Program-made: the position numbers and the translations under genes
From: Syntrophomonadales bacterium
Lineage (GTDB): Bacteria; Bacillota; Syntrophomonadia; Syntrophomonadales; DTU052
Reading direction: 5' to 3'
Assembly: GCA_050951725.1 (NCBI GenBank)
Contig: JBMNJO010000025.1
Location: forward strand, 80,394-144,393
Length of the DNA: 64,000 nt
In this document: positions 39,390 through 48,800 of the stretch, one piece after another
Layout of the letters: every line of letters begins with the position of its first letter
Position numbering within the stretch: position 1 is the first letter of the stretch
The notes under the pieces: generated by a model
Told to the model about the DNA's origin: nothing
The model's input: only the letters and a program-made list of their open reading frames with translations
The model's database searches: none

Positions 39390-39427
39390 TAAGGAGAACA
39401 GCGGGGTTTAAAACCATATCATTCACC

Positions 39428-39466
39428 AAATCAAGCCAAGTCGGGGTTTACGACTTGGCTTGATTT
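39428..39466. terminator. 16-bp hairpin terminator after rbr
   Basis: AAATCAAGCCAAGTCG-gggttta-CGACTTGGCTTGATTT. Confidence 0.8.
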
Positions 39467-39493
39467 AATAGTGCAGAATACCAGCCTGGATTA

Positions 39494-39717
39494 CTAGATA
39501 GTTGGTGAAAAAGTCCGTTTGCTTCCCGGGTCCTCATTGGCAACACCAACTGCTTATCTCGGACTCCAAGCAGCACCCCGTCAAATCGGCATCCATGCCT
39601 CAGAGACTTATCTCGCGACCTCCTGTCGCTCGGCTGCTTTCCGCCCTCGATTTCGCAGGGTGTTGCTCAATTCGGACCCAACGGTCGCCGCACTGGACTT
39701 TTTCACAACATATCTAG
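39494..39717. mobile_element. MITE-like 224-bp element with about 23-bp terminal inverted repeats
   Basis: The left end is CTAGATAGTTGGTGAAAAAGTCC. The reverse complement of the right end is CTAGATATGTTGTGAAAAAGTCC. The interior is an imperfect long palindrome centred near GGCATCCATGCC, and there is no credible ORF. Confidence 0.55.
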
Positions 39718-39719
39718 GT

Positions 39720-40391
39720 CTATTCGCGACCCGGAATATGACTGCCATCACAGAAAGGTGGATTTTTGGTTTTTCCGCAGCGACAGAGTACAAAACGATC
39801 GGCTTCCCCGATAAGATTGCCACCTGCATCAAAGATTTGGTTGGGACCTTCGACCAGCAGAGGGCCATCCCTGATCACTCGAATCCTGCCAGCGGCGGCG
39901 GGGTCAATCTTGTAATCCCTGGAACCTGGCCCTTTGGCCAGATTGGGATCTACCGAGGAACCCTCCGGCAAACTGTACTGCAAAGCACGACTGGGACACT
40001 TGTCAATGGTACGAATAATCGTTTCGGCATCGCTGCCGGATAAATTAACCCACGGCCTTTTCTTGGTGTCGAATACTTCGGGTAATGTTCCCCAGCACTT
40101 ACCGGCGTGGGAACAGGCCTGTGGATACCAGTAAACGATGAGGTCCTGACTCTTATACTCCTTTACTGGGTTTGGGGAACTGCTAACGGGTTGTGCAGAT
40201 GAAGCCCCTGATTTGTTAAACAAATCCTTGCCCGCTCCGCAGACCGGGCATACCCAGTCAGGCGGAAGCTCAGCAAAAGGCGTACCGACTGGAATGCCAT
40301 GTTCGGGATCTCCGACCGTAGGATTATAAAGGTAACCACAAACTGAGCATTCGTAAACCTGTTGCCGATCTGCAGAATTCTCATTTTCCAT
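39720..40391 (-). CDS. rubredoxin - divergent 4Fe-4S mono-cluster - CDGSH iron-sulfur fusion protein
   Basis: The N-terminus is YECSVCGY...WVCPVCG (rubredoxin). The middle is [13 protein letters not shown]...IDKCPSRAL. The C-terminus is [19 protein letters not shown] 40391 has the better SD spacing. Confidence 0.75.
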   Translation of the reverse strand: MENENSADRQQVYECSVCGYLYNPTVGDPEHGIPVGTPFAELPPDWVCPVCGAGKDLFNKSGASSAQPVSSSPNPVKEYKSQDLIVYWYPQACSHAGKCWGTLPEVFDTKKRPWVNLSGSDAETIIRTIDKCPSRALQYSLPEGSSVDPNLAKGPGSRDYKIDPAAAGRIRVIRDGPLLVEGPNQIFDAGGNLIGEADRFVLCRCGKTKNPPFCDGSHIPGRE

Positions 40392-40511
40392 TAACGCATC
40401 CCTCATCTCCTAAATATTAAACCTATAATATATGGTAACAAATTATCTATTGATCAACCAAATAAGAAATGCATTCGAACTCCGTGGAAGCACAACCTAG
40501 TTAAATAACCG

Positions 40512-41048
40512 CTACCGTCTTAGCGCAGCAAAGACAGAAAGATACTCCTTCTCAACGCTGGCATAATCCCGCTGGGCGAAGTCATATTCTGCAGTTCTCT
40601 TCGGCGGGGAATCGAATATCTGATAACCCATTAAGGCCTCAAACTCATAATAGAGCAGGACATCATCTATCTCGTCCATCTCCCTTACTTCCTCAGCTGA
40701 TAAATCACCCAGCCCAAAACGGTCATAAATCGTGTTCTGAAGATTTTCCTCGATCGCCACATATTCAGGTAAATGAAGTTTAACCGGTCGCGTTATATCG
40801 GATATGTAGCTTTCGCTGGCATCGTGGAGTAGACACCCCAACTGGATTCTCTTTGAACAGTCGCGGCCTACAGCCTCCCGGTAACAGTTGAGGGAGTGCT
40901 GGGCGACGGAGTAAAAGCAGCGGAAGTGCCCGTTGGCTCGGGTCATGAGTGACAGGGCATGGGCGATATCCTCAATGTATATATCCTCTTTCACCGGTTT
41001 TACCGGATAAAACCTGACGTGCGAGTAGGTTATGATGTAGTCTGACAT
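40512..41048 (-). CDS. HD-domain phosphohydrolase
   Basis: It has SVAQHS...LLHDASESYISDI (the H...HD...D pattern). ATG 41048 follows the SD GGAAGGGAAGGAA. Confidence 0.7.
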   Translation of the reverse strand: MSDYIITYSHVRFYPVKPVKEDIYIEDIAHALSLMTRANGHFRCFYSVAQHSLNCYREAVGRDCSKRIQLGCLLHDASESYISDITRPVKLHLPEYVAIEENLQNTIYDRFGLGDLSAEEVREMDEIDDVLLYYEFEALMGYQIFDSPPKRTAEYDFAQRDYASVEKEYLSVFAALRR

Positions 41049-41159
41049 TTCCTTCCCTTCCGATCCAGCATAATTTTGGCAACACCCTATAGCGAATAGT
41101 CTAAGACATTTTGGGCTTGGGTGCAAAAGGGACCGTATAAATGCAAAGGATAGTGAGGC

Positions 41160-42429
41160 TTATACATAGACCATTCCCTCTAATTTGTAAATTGGATCAA
41201 CGTCCACTGAAGTCAGTTTACTTAAATTTCGCCACACTGCATAGGCGGCAACAATGCTGTCTATTCCGTCTCCATCTTTGTCTCCTATCAGCATCGGGCC
41301 CAATTCTATTGGAATATGCACTGCTCTTTCCCGTAATCCCTCCAATAGCCTTTTTCGATTATCTTTATGTACTTGTTTGTTGCCCTTATATTCATTGTAT
41401 AGGTTTAGATCCTTTAGAGTTGAAGCGGGACATATTTCAATAACTATGGATTTTTTAGGAGCCGGCATCTGCATGGGTAAAACCCTTGCCAAGTCGTCCC
41501 GTATAAGCGGAAACAGTACTTTAGAAATGCCATTGTAGGTTTGCTTGTACAATTTAAGGTTCCATGGACACCACGGGGTTTTTGTTATCTTATCGGTTTG
41601 ACGTTTAACCTCAGGATGGCCAAACAGTTTCATCGAAAATTCACTATATGTATTTCTAAACGAATCTGCATCGCCAAATTTAGCAGCATAATTTGCAACA
41701 TATTTTTCCCAGGTGTTTTCTTTTATAACACTTTTGGGGTTGGAAAATGGAAAATCTATTCCGACCAAAGCATTCGATTGTTTCGCAATTAAACTAACTA
41801 AGAATGCCATGCTGGGATCAAGTTCCTGGGTACCACCTGGCATGTCACAAAGGCGTTCGCAACTATTGATTGTTAGTACTCCGTTGCCGGGCGATGCAAT
41901 CGTGATACAAATATGTTTTCCCGCTTCTTTTGACCCACTAAAATCGATTCCAATTATTGTGGGTATTATTTTTGCGTTTTCCAGGTTTGGTTTGTATACG
42001 GGAGTATCGATGCCGGGAGGTGGGAGGGGAAGTGCGAATGGCTTTCTTTTAAAACCAGCCATGATATATTGCTTATATGCCCATGTAGCGATGTCGTAAG
42101 CCGATTCCAACTGGGCTGCCGCACTAATCCATGTCCCGGATTTTTCATGAACGGCTGCATTACCCGCATCCCTGATTGAATGAAAACTCCTTTTTATTTT
42201 TCTTGGTAGTTTAGAGTGCTTATCCAAAAGCGAGAGCATTTCATACAGGTTTGGCGTTTCCGGTTCGGAGAGATCTTCCTCATTTAAGATGAACTTTGCG
42301 AGTTGTTCTGCAAACATTCTCAGATATACTAAATGCTGAGACCGGATTTGTGTATAATGTTTTCTCTGCTTCTTTTCCTAAGGAGGCCAAATATGGACAA
42401 TCGTCGTTAAGAAACGAAAAATTACTCAT
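41160..42429 (-). pseudogene. DUF4145-like N-terminal domain fused to an RNase-H-fold DUF429-like domain, with a 1-nt frameshift
   Basis: ORFs 42280..42555 (MSNFSFLNDDCPYLASLGKEAEKTLYTNPVSA) and 41160..42317 join as SA-LVYLRMFAEQLAKFIL if one T of the TTT run (plus-strand AAA at 42331-42333) is removed. The C-terminal part has IIGIDFSGSKEAG, LVGIDFPF and DGIDSIVAAYAV. Confidence 0.55.
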
Positions 42430-42850
42430 CGACACCCACCTTTCCTTAAGACTCCATGTATCTAATATCGTGACGCGACTCCTGTGTTTATAATTTTCTA
42501 CAACCATGTTACATATTGTAAATAGTTTATTTATTATTGCTTTCCTTGCCAACATAATTTGGGTATAAATATTTTTCTGCGTCTTGACATGGTGATGTCA
42601 CTTAGTCATGAAACAATCAGCGTAAAATGCAGAACTAACGTTTAAAGTGCTATTAATTTTCCACTATGGACTTTAGAGGAGTGACTGGCACAAATGTACA
42701 ATTAAGGAAAGGAGGCTAGTTTTACAAAGTTCTCAAAGCTGTTTTTTCAATACTACTTACATCCACGAAGTGACAGGTGTGATTTATGGAAGCAGTCAGA
42801 ATTCAATAAAAAATACACTTTTAGCTTTCACAGAAGGGTGATTAGTCATT

Positions 42851-44086
42851 ATGCCGCAACCGGTTCAGATTGGCTGGATCGATTTGGGAAGCCGTGATAA
42901 GAATAGGATACTGTCAGTGCTCAGCCTGCTCTATGCCGCTGAAGCGGTAGATGAGTTGGGAATCGGTGTAATTCGTGACGGTTTTGCCGACGTATTATTT
43001 CCGGGGACTTCAACCGTACAGACGAGAGCCAAATATTTTCTCATCGTGCCCTACACATTGATGGAACTGGAACGCGAGAGGAACCTCACTCCCAGGGCTC
43101 TGCTTGATCGTCTCGCCAAGGAAGAAATAGCTCTGATAAGCCAGTTGAAGAAAGGAAACGCCGAAGGTGTAATCGGTGGACGCTCCGGAGAACGGCTTCA
43201 GAAAAAACCCTCCAGTATCTACTGGAATGGTCTTTATACTTACGGTATCTTCCGCAGCCCAGTCAGGTTATCACTGGATGAGTATGCACACGCAGTCTGC
43301 GCATTGAATCGAACCAAAGCCAGGATAACGTCAGCGGGACACGCAGACCGCGGAGAAGGCACTGATGACACAGGCATTAGTTCCGGTAGTATCGGCACCT
43401 TCTGGCGGGCTCCGATACCTCCACCCGACTGGCGCGAAAGGGTGACAGTTGATCTTACCAAGGATGAAGCGCAATTCCTGCGCGACAAGATCATTAGTTC
43501 CGAGCACTCCAAAAACACACTGCTGGCCTTCGTACTCCGCAGCAATAGCTACGAAGTGAAGGACTATGACGATATATCAATGATAAAAGGGATCGTAAAC
43601 CTTCCTGAGGATATCAGGAGCGATTACGAAATGGCCGTACGTTTCTCGGAATTCATATATGGCGCAAATATCCGCTACAACATTATTCTGTCCAACGGCG
43701 AAAATGAGGATGCCAACGAAGCCTGGGATGAATGGTATGAACGAGTGACTGCCGGCTTTATTCAGAACTACAATGTATCTGAGCCGTTTGTCCGTTTATC
43801 AGTCAGCGGGCGCAACCGGGTACGGATATATCCTTTTGTAAAACAGTGGAAGCAGGCAGTTTTAGATGGTGACGTTTCTGCAATGGACGACCTTATAATA
43901 AAGCGCGAAATCCAACTCAAGGGCAAGGAACGGGCCAAATTGAAGAATCCCGGGGTCTATCGATGGAGAGAAGGTGTATGGCTGGGGGGAGGAAAACTTC
44001 AGTATCGGTTCCGCAACGCCCGCCGACTGATCGCTGATATTGTCAACGGGTTGGAGGGTGGTGATAGCGATGTTCAGGCTAACTGA
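42851..44086 (+). CDS. unknown-function protein, first gene of the three-gene operon (DUF6361-like by recollection)
   Basis: 411 aa with the N-terminal GWIDLGSRDKNRIL...DELGIGVIRDGFADVLFPGTSTVQTRAKYFLIVPY. It has no catalytic motif. It overlaps the next gene by 17 nt. Confidence 0.75.
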   Translation: MPQPVQIGWIDLGSRDKNRILSVLSLLYAAEAVDELGIGVIRDGFADVLFPGTSTVQTRAKYFLIVPYTLMELERERNLTPRALLDRLAKEEIALISQLKKGNAEGVIGGRSGERLQKKPSSIYWNGLYTYGIFRSPVRLSLDEYAHAVCALNRTKARITSAGHADRGEGTDDTGISSGSIGTFWRAPIPPPDWRERVTVDLTKDEAQFLRDKIISSEHSKNTLLAFVLRSNSYEVKDYDDISMIKGIVNLPEDIRSDYEMAVRFSEFIYGANIRYNIILSNGENEDANEAWDEWYERVTAGFIQNYNVSEPFVRLSVSGRNRVRIYPFVKQWKQAVLDGDVSAMDDLIIKREIQLKGKERAKLKNPGVYRWREGVWLGGGKLQYRFRNARRLIADIVNGLEGGDSDVQAN

Positions 44087-45857
44087 GGACAGACTGGACT
44101 ATGGAAAGGCTTTGGCTCCACCTCCGGGATTCAGGTGCGAATTTGCCGTAGGAACGACCTATTCACTCGATCTGGAAACCCTCTTGGGCGTGCCGATTGC
44201 CCTTTTCCTCTCTGAACAAATGGATAGCACCCTCCTGGAAAACCCTTTACTTATTCTTGAAGGTGTTCGCAAAAGTGCGGAAAACTTTGCATTGTTTTGC
44301 GAGGGTGGACAGATCAAGGTTCCGAGCAAAGGGAATCCCATTTTTGCCCTGTTGGAAAGCAGTGTGTTTCAGGTTGCACTGAAGAATGGCAAGTCGTTTC
44401 ACCCGAAGGTCTGGATCATAAAATATATTAACGAAAAGGGTCTGCCACTCTATCGATTTGTGATACTCAGCCGCAACCTCACCTTTGATCGCAGTTGGGA
44501 CGTTGCCGTCGTCTTGGAAGGCGAATCCGCTGCAAGATCAACAGGTAAAACCAAGCCCCTGATTGATTTTCTCCAATACCTGCGTCAACTGATTACCGAT
44601 GCCAAAAAGAAACGGCGGATTGCTGCGCTGATAAACGAACTACCCTACGTTAATTTTCAGACCGGTGACCGGCATTTTGTAGATTTTGATTTCTTACCGC
44701 TGGGTATTGGTAACGGCTACGATAAGGAGTCGGCGGGTCTGTTTACCACGTATCATGACTTGCTTGTGATTTCACCGTTTTTGAGCCAGAGTACTGTTCT
44801 TGAAATGAATGGCCTCTCGCTCTCCAATTCCCAAAAAACACTCATTACCCGTCGAACGGAAATCTCCAAGCTGACTAATGACCTGTTGCAAAGCTTTCCG
44901 TGCTATTGCCTGAAGGAGATGGTGATTGACGGGGAAGAGGCTCTCAGCGAACCGGATACTATCGCTGATCTCCAGAAACAGGACATACATGCCAAGCTTT
45001 ATTTTAGGAGTAAAAATACCGAGCACGTATTGTATGTTGGTTCAGCCAACTGTTCAAGCAGCGCCTGGAACGGCAATGTTGAGTTTATTCTGCGCTTGAA
45101 GTATGAAAAATGGGGATTTCGTGTTTCCCAAATCATTGACGAGCTATTCAATCGAAACGGCCAGGAAGATGATCGGCACAATCCGTTCGAGCGAATTGAG
45201 GCCGTACCGCCGATAGAGGTTACAGAAGACGATGTACAGCAGAAGCTTGAAAAAGCTATTAAGCGGCTCTGTCAATCTCGCTCAAAAGCGTCGGTTACTG
45301 CCAGTACCGGCGGGTACGATGTGGCAATTGAGTTCGATAAAGCCTTTATGGCGCAAGACATTGAGCTGAAAATTGCTTCTCTCGGGGGCGGTACTCCTGC
45401 CCCAATTGAGCCGATCACGGTTCTTACCGGTTTATCACTGTTGCAGCTGGGTGAGTTTTACGTGGTAACAGCAAGACTGGGTGAAGACTATTTGGAGCGC
45501 ATTATTAAGATTCATACTGAAGGGATTCCGCCTGAAAGGGATAACGCAGTCTATAAACATCTGATAAAGGATCGTAATACATTCCTGCGCTATATTGCCT
45601 TTATACTGGCTGACGATTATTTGCTGACGTCTTTGGAGCAATTTGAATATAAGGACATAGGAGTAAAAAGCCTGAACCTTCAGAGTTACACAATGCCGGT
45701 TATCTACGAAAACATGCTGCGGGCAGCCGCCCAATCTCCCGAAAGACTGCAGGAAATCGATTTGCTTATCAAGCGATTGGATAGCAACGAGATCGTCCCT
45801 CCGGAGTTCCAGGTACTTTTTTCAACATTTCTCAGGGCGAGCAGGAGGATTAATTAA
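44070..45857 (+). CDS. phospholipase-D-superfamily protein with a single HKD motif (Nuc/BfiI-like putative nuclease)
   Basis: ATG 44070 follows the SD GGAGGGTGG. The motif HAKLYFRSKNTEHVLYVGSANCSSSAW (HxK...GSxN) lies at about 44988-45070. The N-terminus has GTTYSLDL. Confidence 0.8.
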   Translation: MFRLTEDRLDYGKALAPPPGFRCEFAVGTTYSLDLETLLGVPIALFLSEQMDSTLLENPLLILEGVRKSAENFALFCEGGQIKVPSKGNPIFALLESSVFQVALKNGKSFHPKVWIIKYINEKGLPLYRFVILSRNLTFDRSWDVAVVLEGESAARSTGKTKPLIDFLQYLRQLITDAKKKRRIAALINELPYVNFQTGDRHFVDFDFLPLGIGNGYDKESAGLFTTYHDLLVISPFLSQSTVLEMNGLSLSNSQKTLITRRTEISKLTNDLLQSFPCYCLKEMVIDGEEALSEPDTIADLQKQDIHAKLYFRSKNTEHVLYVGSANCSSSAWNGNVEFILRLKYEKWGFRVSQIIDELFNRNGQEDDRHNPFERIEAVPPIEVTEDDVQQKLEKAIKRLCQSRSKASVTASTGGYDVAIEFDKAFMAQDIELKIASLGGGTPAPIEPITVLTGLSLLQLGEFYVVTARLGEDYLERIIKIHTEGIPPERDNAVYKHLIKDRNTFLRYIAFILADDYLLTSLEQFEYKDIGVKSLNLQSYTMPVIYENMLRAAAQSPERLQEIDLLIKRLDSNEIVPPEFQVLFSTFLRASRRIN

Positions 45858-48800
45858 TGAGCGATTTAGCTGTCAGGGAAAGACAGATCCTCTCCGGATT
45901 GAAAGATTTTCAGAGGGCGACCGTGGAACGGATTTTTACACTGCTAACCAGTGGCCGTAACCGCGTACTGGTCGCCGATGAGGTTGGACTTGGCAAGACT
46001 CTGATTGCCAGAGGGGTAATTGCAAAAACCGCCTTGTACCACCAGCAGTCTCTCCGTGATAACCTGTTCAAGGTAGTCTATGTCTGTTCCAACCAGAGCA
46101 TAGCTGGACAGAATCTTGCTCGGCTCAGGATACAGAACACTGATAGAATCGAAAGTCTTACCGATACCAGGTTGTCCATGCAGCATCTGAAGATATTCGA
46201 GGACGAAATAACTGCTGTGGAACGTAATAGCTATTTGCAACTCATTCCTTTGACTCCCGGCACATCATTCAACATTACCGGCAGCAGCGGGAGCGTGCAG
46301 GAACGCGCCTTGATTTTCGCCATTTTGAGCCGGCATAAAGAACTGGCCGGTTACCGTCAGGCCTTGGAATTACTGATGATGGGTAACGCTGAAAAAAGTT
46401 GGAGGACATGGGTGAGGGACTTGTATGAAAAACGGGTTCGCGATTGTGAGCGAGCCAGTGATGGCAGGTACCTGCAAACAGTTTTGACAAACATTGACCG
46501 TTACTTTGAGACCGATGACGACCTGCTTCCTGATTTGCTTGATCTCTGCAAACGAATAACCTCTCTTAGGAAAAAGCAGGATGATTCCAATCAGATGATA
46601 TACCGTCTGCGCCGGATGATGGCCGAGATAAGTGTTGGTTTGATTGACGCTGATTTGGTGATAATGGATGAGTTCCAACGCTTCCCCGAGTTAATCAGAA
46701 CAGATACGGATGATGAAGCCGCCATGCTGGCCCGGCGATTTTTCAACGCCGACAAGCGTGACAATCAGAAGGTTAAAGTCCTGCTACTCTCCGCCACTCC
46801 TTACAAGCTATACTCAACGTTGGAAGAGATCAATGAAAGTGGCATTGACGAACACTACCGTGAATTTATGCAGGTTATTGATTTTCTTTTCGAAAGTAAC
46901 CCCACTCTGAAACAACAATTTCGCCAGGTGTGGAGCAATTATTCGGTTTCCCTGAGAGAACTGGAAACTCAGGAAATTACAATCCTGTCCGCGAGGAAGA
47001 ATCAGGCGGAAAATGCCTTATACCAGGGAATCTGCAGGACGGAGCGTTTGTCGGTTCCAGGAGCGGAGAAGCTGGTTGATATAGAAACCGCCAAATGCGC
47101 TTTGGAGATTTCGGAAAAGGATGTTTTGTCCTATATGGAAGCTTATCAACTGCTCCAGGAGCTAGGTCTTAACGAATATGTGCCGGTTGAGTACGTCAAA
47201 TCGGCTCCGTATATATTCTCGTTTATGGAACACTACAAGCTTAAAACCAAGGTGTTCGATTATTTTAAGAAGAATCCCAACCGAATATCGGCCGCCCGCA
47301 AGCCTGAATTATGGATAAATGAAAATCTGATAGCCCGGTATGAAAAGCTGCCTGATACCAACGCCCGTCTAAAGAGTCTGAAGGAAGAGGCTTTGCCTCC
47401 TGGAGCGGAGCACCTGATTTGGATTCCTCCATCGAAAACGTACTATGAACCGGGGGGACCATATTCAAAGATAAAGGACTTTTCCAAGATTCTTGTGTTT
47501 TCATCATGGGAAATGGTTCCGCGCGCCATCGCAGCTGTACTATCGTATGAAGCTGAGCGGTTAACCGTGGGAAAACTGGTTAGAAAAACTGACAATCCCA
47601 AAGGGGAAAACCGCAGCTATTTTCCGCCGCGGAAAAAGGTGCGATTTCCGGCACCGCGCCTTAAATTCACCGTACGTGATGGTCAGCCGGTCAATATGAA
47701 TCTGATGGGGTTACTCTATCCCTGTGTGACCCTGGCTAGGCTGTACAATCCGATTGATTGCCTGAATGCCAAGTTTACACGAAGAGAGATCGAAGCACAA
47801 CTACGCAGCAGAATTGAAAAGATGTTGGAAGCCATAACGTTTAAACCGAAACACGACGAGATAGGCCATGATGAAAGATGGTATTCGGTTGCCCCGGTTC
47901 TTTTTGACCGGAATGAGGCAACGATAAGAGAATGGTTAAACGGCGGGGAGTACATTTGGAACCCCAAAACTGATGAATCCGAGGGGAACGAGCCCGAGGA
48001 CGATAACAACGCTCTGGATCAGCATTTTGCCGCCCTGAATTGCATACTCGATGATGCGGATAATCTCGTCCTGGGGCGAAAACCTCGCGATCTAGTGGAT
48101 GTTTTGGTCGCAATGGCCATGGCTTCACCTGCGGTGTGTGCAATGCGGCTGTTCGGAACGGAGCAGGAGAATTCGCCGCGGTTATCTGTACGCTTGGCCA
48201 AAACCCTCATCAACCGTTTTAATTCACAGGAAGCAACGTCCATTGTTGAGCTGTGCTACGGAGACAAAGACCCTCATTGGAAGAGCGTACTTCGTTACTG
48301 TGTCGATGGTAATCTGCAGGCGGTGCTCGATGAATATGCCCACATGCTTGTTGATGACAATGGACTTTGGCATGTCGACCGAAATAAAAGATCAGAAGTG
48401 CTGTGTGAGCGAATGAATACAGCTTTTACAACCCATACCGCCAGCTACAACGTTGACACCTATCGTAAATTTCGGGAGCGCATGAAGAAAGCGAAGACCC
48501 ATGGCAGCGGGCGCCAACAGGATGAGCCCAGATTTATTAAGATGCGGTCCGGTTATGCCGCCGGCTTTTACGACATGAAGGGAGCGGACAAGGGCCTTCA
48601 ACGCAAGGAAAGTCTGAGGCTGGCATTTAATTCGCCATTTCGTCCGTTTGTTCTGGCAACCACCTCTATTGGTCAAGAAGGGCTGGATTTTCATTTCTAC
48701 TGTCGCAAGATCGTGCATTGGAATCTGCCCTCCAATCCCATAGACTTGGAACAGCGGGAGGGACGCATCAATCGGTACAAATGTCTGGCTATCCGGCAGA

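Noticed and set aside
39502-40043. Plus-strand ORFs of 71 and 174 aa.
   Set aside because: One lies inside the MITE-like palindrome. The other is antisense to the rubredoxin-CDGSH gene. Neither has an SD or recognisable motifs.
42686-42700. A perfect TGGCAC upstream of the PLD-helicase operon, considered as a sigma-54 promoter.
   Set aside because: The -12 position reads TACA, with no GC dinucleotide at the required spacing. TGGCAC at 50251-50256 before the ACAD-like gene is rejected for the same reason (-12 region AATA, and only about 30 nt from the start codon).
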